DNA of 10,661 nucleotides from Acidobacteriota bacterium (GCA_036507075.1 DASXQR010000215.1:1-10661), one strand, 5' to 3'; numbered from the stretch's first letter, positions 1 to 6,948 are shown. The notes: generated by a model not told the origin, from the sequence alone. Numbers and translations are program-made.

Positions 1-57
1 CTGAGGGCCGTCTCTCTGCGGTGCCCTGCCAAGCTGAGACGGCCCTCAGGCCGTCTC
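1..57. repeat. Perfect 14-bp inverted repeat with a third partial copy
   Basis: 1-14 CTGAGGGCCGTCTC is the reverse complement of 36-49 GAGACGGCCCTCAG. 49-57 GGCCGTCTC can alternatively pair with 36-44. Confidence 0.85.
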
Positions 58-61
58 TCCC

Positions 62-97
62 TTGGTTGCGGCTTCGCCGCGCTAAGCCTCTGTGGTG
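62..97 (+). repeat. TTGGTTGCGGC-loop-GCCGC hairpin element joined to a CTCTGTGGTG half-site (copy 1)
   Basis: TTGGTT GCGGC TTC GCCGC GCTAA GCCTCTGTGGTG. The same architecture recurs on the minus strand at 10521-10558. Confidence 0.75.
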
Positions 98-115
98 AAG
101 TCCTTTCGGCCGCGC

Positions 116-588
116 CTACCTGGAAAAGATCTCTTCGAAAAAGGTCAGTGCCCGTGGATCTTTTGACTGGCCCAGCCAGAACATCGCCTGCTTTCTTACT
201 TCTGGGTTGTTGTTAGTGCAGGCCACCTGAATCAAAAGCGGCACTCCTTCGTCCTTGGGCAGTTGGCTGAGGGCGAATACCGCCCGGCGCTTTACTTCGG
301 TTTCCGGATCGTCCCGGATGGCGCTGGTAATGGCCTCCTGCGCCTTCTTTCCCGCTTTCTGCGCCAGCCAGAACAGGGCCTGGCCCCGCACCTTGGGGCT
401 TGAGTCATGACGCGCCGCATTGATGATTTCCCCTACCCCCTCCGGCTCCTTGCTGACATAAAGCGCGAAGACCGCCTTGTCGCGGATGTGTTCGCTCGCA
501 TCATTGCGCACCAGTGTTCGCAATATTTCAAATCCACGCCGGCCGCACCGAGCCAGAATGTCGCTCGTTCGCGCAGTTTCTCGGGCTG
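116..588 (-). pseudogene. HEAT-repeat protein, 5'-truncated and frameshifted remnant
   Basis: ORF 116-523 has four HEAT-like repeats (HIRDKAVFAL, KVRGQALFWL, EVKRRAVFAL, EVRKQAMFWL). The frame extends upstream as GRRGFEIL. A fifth repeat, QPEKLRERATFWLGAA, is at 588-541 in another frame, giving a frameshift at about 541-547. No convincing own start or RBS. Confidence 0.8.
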
Positions 589-836
589 GCCAGCGCGCAG
601 TTCACGGCAATCCGGTAGAGCCAGGTACCGAAGTTGGAACGCGATTCAAACCGGTCAAGCTGCCGGTAGGCTCGAAGGAAGGTTTTCTGAACCACGTCTT
701 CCGCGTCCTCTTCATTCCCAGTGATCCGAAATCCCAGTCGGAAAATGTGGGGACTGTGGCGTTCAACGAGCAGACGAAAAGCGTCTGAATCGCCGCTGCG
801 CGCCTGTGCGACAACCGTCGCATCGCTCCCTTCCAT
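528..836 (-). pseudogene. ECF (sigma-70 group 4) RNA polymerase sigma factor, truncated after region 2
   Basis: The first 82 aa (836-591) are typical ECF region 2 (GDSDAFRLLVERH, DAEDVVQKTF, FGTWLYRIAVNCAL). Similarity then stops and the ORF ends 20 codons later with no region 4 HTH. AAGGAG precedes the ATG. Confidence 0.85.
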
Positions 837-845
837 TCATCTCCT

Positions 846-873
846 TAGACGATGGGTAAAGCCAGAGGTTAGC
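846..873 (-). promoter_or_regulatory. Putative ECF-sigma-dependent (autoregulatory) promoter
   Basis: The minus strand reads GCTAAC-N16-CGTCTA, matching the generic ECF AAC-N16-CGT(C) pattern, directly upstream of the sigma ATG. Confidence 0.6.
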
Positions 874-905
874 CGGAAAAAATATGCTGGTCCATGCCTT
901 TAAGT

Positions 906-971
906 CTTTGTGACCTTTGTGCCTTTGTGGTGAACCCGCTTTTTGACCACAAAGGCACAAAGGGCACAAAA
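906..971. repeat. Inverted tandem-repeat element, (CTTTGTG) family
   Basis: Left arm TTTGTGAC CTTTGTGC CTTTGTGGT (907-931) pairs 24/25 with right arm ACCACAAAG GCACAAAG GGCACAAA (946-970), around a 14-nt loop. Confidence 0.9.
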
Positions 972-1055
972 AGAACTCCCCGGGGTCTAAGAAATCCCAG
1001 ACATAGCCGTTATCGCTTCAGGACGGTGGATATGGGCTTGGACAGGGAGTCAATT

Positions 1056-3539
1056 ATGATGCAGCGTTTGAAGGTCTCAAGTGTACTCGCAGGTATTCTA
1101 ACTCTCAGTTTTCTGCTCACAGTCTGGGGAGCTGAAAACTCCGACGCGCAGAGAAAAAGGCAGGCGGCGCAATCCGCTGCCGGTTATTCCCGGGCCACGG
1201 CCGGCAGTCTTGAGATCCTGGATGACGCGCGGCGCCCGGTCGGTTCGTGCCCCTTGAAACACACCGATGTGAAGGCGACCATCGGCGGGTTTCTAGCCCG
1301 CGTCGACGTCACGCAGGAATTTGAAAATGTCTCGCCCGAAAAGATTGAAGCTGTTTATACCTTTCCGCTCTCGCAGAACTCGGCGGTGGACGACATGACC
1401 ATTTATGTCGGTAAGCGCACTGTTCGAGGCACGATTAAACGGCGGGAAGAAGCGCGCGCCATTTATGAGGCGGCAAAGTCGTCGGGCCATGTTGCCGCGC
1501 TTCTCGATCAGGAGCGCCCCAATATCTTTACTCAGTCAATCGCCAACATTCTGCCGGGCGAGAAGATCAAGGTAAAGATCAGCTACGTGGAAATATTGAA
1601 ATACAACGACGGCTCCTACAAGTTTGTGTTTCCCCTGGTCGTGGGCCCGCGCTACATTCCCGGCAATCCGGCAGGGAAGACGGGCGGCGGTTGGGCGCCC
1701 GATACGGACCGCGTCCCTGATGCATCCCGCATCACTCCCCCTGTGACTCCGGAGAACACCCGAGCCGGTCACGACGTTTCCATCCTAGTGAAGCTCGACG
1801 CCGGGGTTCCGATCGACGCATTGCGGTCAATGCAGCACGATGTCGATGTGAAGCGCGCCACAAACTCAACGGCTGCCCTGGTGCTGCGAGACAAGGCGGT
1901 TATTCCCAACAAGGATTTTGTGTTCGAGTATGACGTCGCAGGGCGCAATATCGAGGAGGCGCTTCTGACACACTACTCGAGCAAGCTGGGCGGTTTCTTC
2001 ACCATGATCCTGCAGCCTCCCGAGCGCGTGACAGTGGCCGAAGTCACGTCTAAAGAACTGGTCTTTGTGCTGGACACCTCCGGTTCCATGCAAGGTTTCC
2101 CCATCGAAAAGGCCAAGGAGACGATGAGTCTGGCGCTGAACAGCCTCTACCCGCAGGATACGTTCAATCTGATCACATTTGCGGGAGACACCCACATTCT
2201 GTTTCCAGAGCCGGTTCCCGCGACTCGCGAGAACCTTCGAAAGGCGCAGGAGTTTCTGGCATCGCGAAGCGGCAGCGGCGGAACAGAAATGATGAAAGCC
2301 ATCCGCGCCGCTCTCGATCCTTCCGACCGGCAGAACCATATGCGGATCGTCTGCTTCATGACGGATGGTTACGTGGGCAATGATATGGAAATCATTGCCG
2401 AAGTACAGAGGCATCCCAACGCCAGGGTGTTTGCATTTGGCATCGGCAGCTCTGTGAATCGGTTTCTGCTGGACAAGATGTCCGACTACGGCCGTGGTGA
2501 AGTGGAGTATGTTTCCCTGCAGGACGATGGTTCTGCTGCCGCGCGCCGTTTCCATGAGAGAGTGAGAAATCCGCTTCTCACCGACATTTCAGTGCGCTGG
2601 AACGGAGTGCAGGTGGAGGATGTTTATCCGCGACGCACTCCCGATTTATTCAGCGCAAAACCGCTGGTGCTCTGCGGCCGCTTTTATCGCGGCGGATACG
2701 GAACGGTGGAAGTGGAGGGCATGATGGCCGGACGCAGATTCACACGGCGCATACCCGTTACGCTGCCCCAGATTGATGCCGGGGCGGATGTACTGGCAAC
2801 ACTCTGGGCGCGAGAGAAAATTGATGACCTGATGGGAAATGACTACGAAGGCATCCAGCAGGGGAACGCCAGACCCGACATCCGTGAAGAGATTACGCAA
2901 CTGGGCCTGCAGTACCGTCTGATGACGCAGTTTACCTCGTTTGTCGCGGTCGAAGAGATGGTGGTCACCGATGGCGGCCAGCCGCGCCGCATCGAAGTGC
3001 CGGTGGAAATGCCGGAAGGCGTCAGTCGCGAAGGCGTGTTCGGCCGCTCGGACTTCATTCAGCCGGCTGCAATGCCTATGTCTAAGACCTCTTACAATCG
3101 CGCGATAGCTACACCGGGAATCGCCGGGAGCGGCGTCGGAATTGTGGGCGGAGTGATTGGCCGGCCCCAATCTGAACGCACATCGGGTGGTGAAGCACAA
3201 GAGCGGGGTTCCAACGACAAGAGATTCCGTGATGAAGAGCGCCAGCAGCAACTCGCTTCAAAGCTGCACCCGGCTGTGGCGGCGGTGATTGCAAGGATCG
3301 AAAAAGGAAACGCCCAGCCCACGGCAGCGGAGTCAAGATTTGTAAGACGAGGCAAGGCAGAACTTCAGGTCTGGCTGACGGCAGCGTCCGGGGACGTACT
3401 GGCACTCCTCAAGCAGCTCGGCTTTGAAGTAATCGCCCAGCCGAAATCTCATGGTCTCGTGCTGGGCCGGATCGCGGTTGAAAAACTTTCCGCCCTGGCG
3501 CAGTTAAAGGAAGTTCGCTACATCGCGCCACTGCAGTAG
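1056..3539 (+). CDS. Secreted VIT (vault protein inter-alpha-trypsin) and von Willebrand factor A domain protein
   Basis: VIT motifs (VTQEFEN, EAVYTFPL, EEARAIYEAAK, PNIFTQSIANI) and a vWA MIDAS (VLDTSGSM, GGTEM, FMTDG). Start reassigned from 894 to ATG 1056, which has GGGAG at 1045-1049 and a signal-peptide-like N-terminus MMQRLKVSSVLAGILTLSFLLTVWG. 827 aa. Confidence 0.9.
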   Translation: MMQRLKVSSVLAGILTLSFLLTVWGAENSDAQRKRQAAQSAAGYSRATAGSLEILDDARRPVGSCPLKHTDVKATIGGFLARVDVTQEFENVSPEKIEAVYTFPLSQNSAVDDMTIYVGKRTVRGTIKRREEARAIYEAAKSSGHVAALLDQERPNIFTQSIANILPGEKIKVKISYVEILKYNDGSYKFVFPLVVGPRYIPGNPAGKTGGGWAPDTDRVPDASRITPPVTPENTRAGHDVSILVKLDAGVPIDALRSMQHDVDVKRATNSTAALVLRDKAVIPNKDFVFEYDVAGRNIEEALLTHYSSKLGGFFTMILQPPERVTVAEVTSKELVFVLDTSGSMQGFPIEKAKETMSLALNSLYPQDTFNLITFAGDTHILFPEPVPATRENLRKAQEFLASRSGSGGTEMMKAIRAALDPSDRQNHMRIVCFMTDGYVGNDMEIIAEVQRHPNARVFAFGIGSSVNRFLLDKMSDYGRGEVEYVSLQDDGSAAARRFHERVRNPLLTDISVRWNGVQVEDVYPRRTPDLFSAKPLVLCGRFYRGGYGTVEVEGMMAGRRFTRRIPVTLPQIDAGADVLATLWAREKIDDLMGNDYEGIQQGNARPDIREEITQLGLQYRLMTQFTSFVAVEEMVVTDGGQPRRIEVPVEMPEGVSREGVFGRSDFIQPAAMPMSKTSYNRAIATPGIAGSGVGIVGGVIGRPQSERTSGGEAQERGSNDKRFRDEERQQQLASKLHPAVAAVIARIEKGNAQPTAAESRFVRRGKAELQVWLTAASGDVLALLKQLGFEVIAQPKSHGLVLGRIAVEKLSALAQLKEVRYIAPLQ

Positions 3540-3549
3540 CCCCGGGTTA

Positions 3550-3670
3550 GCCGCTGATTTACGCAGGCCGAAACGGATAGAAATTGGCCGCCGATTTACA
3601 CGAAATACGCTGAATCCGTATCAATTCGCGTAAATCAGCGGCCCGTGTTAACCCGTGTAAACCAGCGGCC
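3550..3670. repeat. Four-copy inverted repeat element (GCCGCTGATTTACRC family) between convergent genes; possible bidirectional terminator
   Basis: Forward copies at 3550-3564 and 3586-3602, reverse copies at 3627-3643 and 3654-3670. 3550-3564 and 3628-3642 form a perfect 15-bp inverted repeat. No U-tract, so a terminator role is uncertain. Confidence 0.8.
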
Positions 3671-3677
3671 CATTCCT

Positions 3678-4466
3678 TCAGGGACGCAAGGGTCCGCGCG
3701 CGCTGGCCGGAGGCCCTGCCTGGCGGCGCTCCAGATTATATCCGGCGTTTGTTATGCCTGCCGCCCACAGAACGCTGTTGGTGATTAGTTTTTGCATTTC
3801 AGGCTGGTGGTAAATCGGGTACTGTTCATGACCGGCCCGTATATAAACCAGCCGGCCTTTGCCGATGTTCCATGTCAGAACTTCGCGATTGCGGTGGCCC
3901 GACTCCCAGGTCCCTTCCAGGACCACCGCGTCGGGTTCGGGAACCTCGAAGGGCTCTGTGTAGATTTCCTCTTTTGGAATGGTGAAATCAGAGAGTCCCC
4001 TGGCGATCGGATGCTCCGGCAGAACCACCCACATCTGCTCTGGCTTCCCCTGATTGACGTAGGAGCTCCAGGCGCCGGTCGCGTTGAGGAGCTTTTTCAA
4101 GGGTTTGGAAAAGTGCGACGAATGAAGCGCGATAAACCCCATTCCCTTCTCTCTCACATGCTGCACGACCCGTTCGACTGCTTCGTCGGGGACTTCCCGG
4201 TGTTTGCGATGCCCGAACCAGACCAGAACGTCCGTGCTGTCGAGTGTTGCATCGCTGACGCCGGAATCGGGATCGCTCAACTGCGCAGTTCTGGGTTCCA
4301 TTCCGGAATCTTTTGAAAGATAGTCGGCCAGGGTACCGCTGATGCCGTTGGGGTAAACCTCGCGCGGCTCGGTTTGTTCAGACCAGAGCAGCACGCGCAC
4401 CTTCCTGGGCGCGGCAAAGGCCGCTGCAATCGCCAGCGACAGGAAAAGTATGAATTGTATTTTCAT
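3678..4466 (-). CDS. ThuA-like (trehalose utilisation, class I glutamine amidotransferase-like fold) domain protein with signal peptide
   Basis: ThuA-type motifs VYPNGI, DVLVWFGH, GMGFIALHSSHFSK, EEIYTEPF, GRLVYIRAGHEQYPIY. Start reassigned to ATG 4466 (AAGGAG upstream; N-terminus MKIQFILFLSLAIAAAFA). 262 aa. Confidence 0.88.
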   Translation of the reverse strand: MKIQFILFLSLAIAAAFAAPRKVRVLLWSEQTEPREVYPNGISGTLADYLSKDSGMEPRTAQLSDPDSGVSDATLDSTDVLVWFGHRKHREVPDEAVERVVQHVREKGMGFIALHSSHFSKPLKKLLNATGAWSSYVNQGKPEQMWVVLPEHPIARGLSDFTIPKEEIYTEPFEVPEPDAVVLEGTWESGHRNREVLTWNIGKGRLVYIRAGHEQYPIYHQPEMQKLITNSVLWAAGITNAGYNLERRQAGPPASARGPLRP

Positions 4467-4523
4467 GGCAAGGCTCCTTAGGGGGAAGAGGAAGTCGGAA
4501 TTATATGACATCTTTCTCTACCT

Positions 4524-4664
4524 CGGAATGCGGAATGCCGAATGCGGAATGCGGAATGCGAATGTGGAATGCGGAATGCGGAATAAGGGAGTTTCAGAAT
4601 CGCAGCCTTGAAACGCCTATCTTTGGGTATATTCCGCATTCCGCATTCCGAAATCCGCATTCGA
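4524..4664. repeat. Inverted heptamer array element (GCGGAAT)n - 44-nt spacer - (ATTCCGC)n, copy 1
   Basis: About 9 CGGAATG units at 4524-4584 and about 4.5 ATTCCGC units at 4631-4664. Confidence 0.92.
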
Positions 4665-4706
4665 CGGTAGTGGAGTCATTGCAATGACCCCACTACCCAT
4701 TCGACG
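4658..4706. repeat. 32-bp REP/MITE-like palindrome flanked by direct repeats
   Basis: GGTAGTGGAGTCATTG|CAATGACCCCACTACC (4666-4697) is 15/16 self-complementary. CATTCGAC(G) occurs on both sides, at 4658-4666 and 4698-4706. Confidence 0.75.
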
Positions 4707-4754
4707 CTACGTTTGGCCGGGCTGTGCCTTTGTGGTAAATTTTCCTATCTATCT

Positions 4755-6761
4755 ATGAAAAAGACCCTTTTCTTCTTATTTCTTGGCGCCACCGTCTGTG
4801 CACAATCCAGCGGCGATCAGAAAGCTTCGGAATACTTCCGCAGAGAAACCGGGCGCATCGCGCAGCGCTGCCTGGCCGATATTCGCTCGCTGGAAGACTG
4901 GCAGGCAAAGAAGCCTGTTTATCGGCGCCAGCTCCTGGAAATGCTCGGATTGGATCCGCTTCCTGCCAAAACGGACCTTAAAGTTTCGCCCACCGGGCGT
5001 CTGGAGACGGAAAAGTTCACGGTTGAGAAGTTCCATTTTCAGTCAATGCCCGGCTTGTATGTGACAGCCAATCTCTATGTCCCTAAAGACCTGAAAGAGA
5101 AAGCGCCGGCCATTCTTTATCTTTGCGGCCATTCACGTGTTGTCGAGGATGGGATTTCCTACGGCAACAAGGTCAGCTACCAACACCATCCTGCCTGGTT
5201 CGCCGAACACGGGTACGTTGCATTGATCATCGACACGCTCGATCTGGGAGAAATCAATGGAGAACACCACGGCACTTACCGGCGGGGCTGGTGGTGGTGG
5301 CCGACGCGCGGTTACACGCCGGCGGGAGTGGAGACGTGGAACGCCATACGGGCTCTGGACTATCTGGAAACCCGCGCCGAAGTGGACATGAAGCGCGTCG
5401 GTGTCACCGGCCGCAGCGGAGGCGGAGCCTACACGTGGTTTCTGGCGGGAGTTGATGATCGCCCCGCCGTTGTCGTGCCGGTCGCGGGCATTACCGACCT
5501 GACCAATCATGTTGTGGATGGCGCGGTCGAAGGTCACTGCGACTGCATGTATCCGTTGAACACTTACGCCTGGGATTTTCCCTTGCTGGCGGCCCTGTCA
5601 GCGCCGCGACCCTTGCTCCTTGCCAACAGCGACAAAGACAAAATTTTTCCTCTGGACGGCGTGCAGCGCGTGCACCAGCAGCTGAAGAAAATCTATCGAC
5701 TCTATGGTGCTGAAGACAAACTGGGACTTTTGATTACGGACGGCCCGCACAAGGATACGCAGGACCTTCAGGTGCCCACGTTTCGCTGGATGGATCGATG
5801 GCTGAAGGGACAAGAGTCGGTCATCTCAGAGCCTGCGGAAAAACGCTTCACATCCAAAGACCTGAAAGTGTTTGCGAAGATTCCCACCGATCAGGGCAAT
5901 ACCACGATTCATGATCGGTTTGTTCCGGCTGCCGGCAGCTCTGTTCCGGCCACCGCCGCAGAATGGACGAGTCTGAAACGCAGGTGGATGGAAGCGCTCC
6001 GGGGCAGAGTGTTGAATAACTGGCCGCCGGCGCCAAAGGAGAAAACTCCCGCACTGGTGGCCGACAGCATCAGCAACACGGTGCGCTTGCGCCTGTATGA
6101 ATTCAATTCCGACGACGTTTACCGGCTGCAGCTTTACGTACTGAGCGACGCGAGGCGGAAGCCCTCCGAGCTTCAGTTGCGTCTGATGGATCCCGCTGAC
6201 TGGGAAAAATGGGCCGTGACCGGTGATATTTACTTCAAGCCTCTGGTGCCTCCCAGCGGCGCGAGGCGAGGCATCAACGAGCCGGAGTTGCTCAGAAAGC
6301 TGGGGCAGGGGTCTGCCGTGGCGCTGCTTGCTCCGCGCGGAATCGGGCCGACGGCCTGGCAAGCCCAGAAGGACGTTCAGTTTCGGCGTCGCTTTCTGTT
6401 GCTCGGGCAGAGTCTCGAAGTAATGCAGGTGCGAGATGCGCAGATGGCGCTGGCGGCCTTGAGAACCGTACCTGAATTTCGACGGCTCCCCGCTACGCTG
6501 CAGGCTTCGGGCGCAATGGGAGTAGTCGGGCTGTTAGCGGTCCTGGTCGATGAATCGGTGGCCGGTGTGGAGATCGACAGCGCACCGCTGACGCTGGCTG
6601 AAGCCGGGTCGTACCCGAATGCGCTGAAGTTTTTCGATCTGCCGCAACTGGTGGCAATGATGCTGCCGCGACAAGTGATGCTCACGCATGCCAAAGCGGC
6701 GGACTGGGATTGGACTGTCAGGGCGTCCCGCGTCGCAGGCGGCAATGTTCGCTTTCGGTAA
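4755..6761 (+). CDS. Secreted alpha/beta hydrolase (acetylxylan esterase / dienelactone hydrolase-like) with a degenerate second hydrolase-like domain
   Basis: FQSMPGLYVTANLYVP, PAILYLCGH, nucleophile elbow VGVTGRSGGG, candidate acid in SDKDKIFP and candidate His in DGPH. Start reassigned to ATG 4755 (signal-like MKKTLFFLFLGATVCA). 668 aa. Confidence 0.85.
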   Translation: MKKTLFFLFLGATVCAQSSGDQKASEYFRRETGRIAQRCLADIRSLEDWQAKKPVYRRQLLEMLGLDPLPAKTDLKVSPTGRLETEKFTVEKFHFQSMPGLYVTANLYVPKDLKEKAPAILYLCGHSRVVEDGISYGNKVSYQHHPAWFAEHGYVALIIDTLDLGEINGEHHGTYRRGWWWWPTRGYTPAGVETWNAIRALDYLETRAEVDMKRVGVTGRSGGGAYTWFLAGVDDRPAVVVPVAGITDLTNHVVDGAVEGHCDCMYPLNTYAWDFPLLAALSAPRPLLLANSDKDKIFPLDGVQRVHQQLKKIYRLYGAEDKLGLLITDGPHKDTQDLQVPTFRWMDRWLKGQESVISEPAEKRFTSKDLKVFAKIPTDQGNTTIHDRFVPAAGSSVPATAAEWTSLKRRWMEALRGRVLNNWPPAPKEKTPALVADSISNTVRLRLYEFNSDDVYRLQLYVLSDARRKPSELQLRLMDPADWEKWAVTGDIYFKPLVPPSGARRGINEPELLRKLGQGSAVALLAPRGIGPTAWQAQKDVQFRRRFLLLGQSLEVMQVRDAQMALAALRTVPEFRRLPATLQASGAMGVVGLLAVLVDESVAGVEIDSAPLTLAEAGSYPNALKFFDLPQLVAMMLPRQVMLTHAKAADWDWTVRASRVAGGNVRFR

Positions 6762-6774
6762 AGCACACTTATTC

Positions 6775-6948
6775 ACCACAGAGACACAGAGGTTCCAAAT
6801 GCGGAATGCGGAATGTGGAATGTGGAATGCGGAATGCGGAATATCTTTGAAATCAAATTTATGTAGCTGAGAGCAGCTCGCCTAGCTATTCCGCATTCCG
6901 CATTCCGAAATCCGCATTTGAAACCTGTGTTCCCTGTGCCTCTGTGGT
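6775..6948. repeat. Nested element: heptamer inverted array (copy 2) inside outward-facing ACCACAGAG/CTCTGTGGT arms
   Basis: Outer arms are ACCACAGAG ACACAGAG (6775-6791) and CCTGTGTT CCCTGTGC CTCTGTGGT (6924-6948). Inside are 6x AATGYGG (6798-6839), a 43-nt spacer and an ATTCCGC arm (6888-6918). Confidence 0.9.

Noticed and set aside
973..990. GAACT...GTCTAA as an ECF promoter for the VIT-vWA gene
   Set aside because: The spacing is only 7 nt, against the ~16 required.
894..1055. 54-aa N-terminal extension of the VIT-vWA ORF (likewise extensions from 4511, 4713 and 7866)
   Set aside because: The extensions run through intergenic or repeat sequence. Downstream ATGs give proper signal peptides and, in three of four cases, clear RBSs.
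3540..3677. Classical rho-independent terminators at the convergent junctions (also 8808-9077)
   Set aside because: Stems exist, but none is a short GC stem followed by a clear U-tract. They are reported as repeats instead.
4478..4687. Short ORFs with NAECG / FRIPHS repeats (also 6688-6870 and 6773-6976)
   Set aside because: They are translations of the heptamer arrays on both strands, with no RBS or domain signal.
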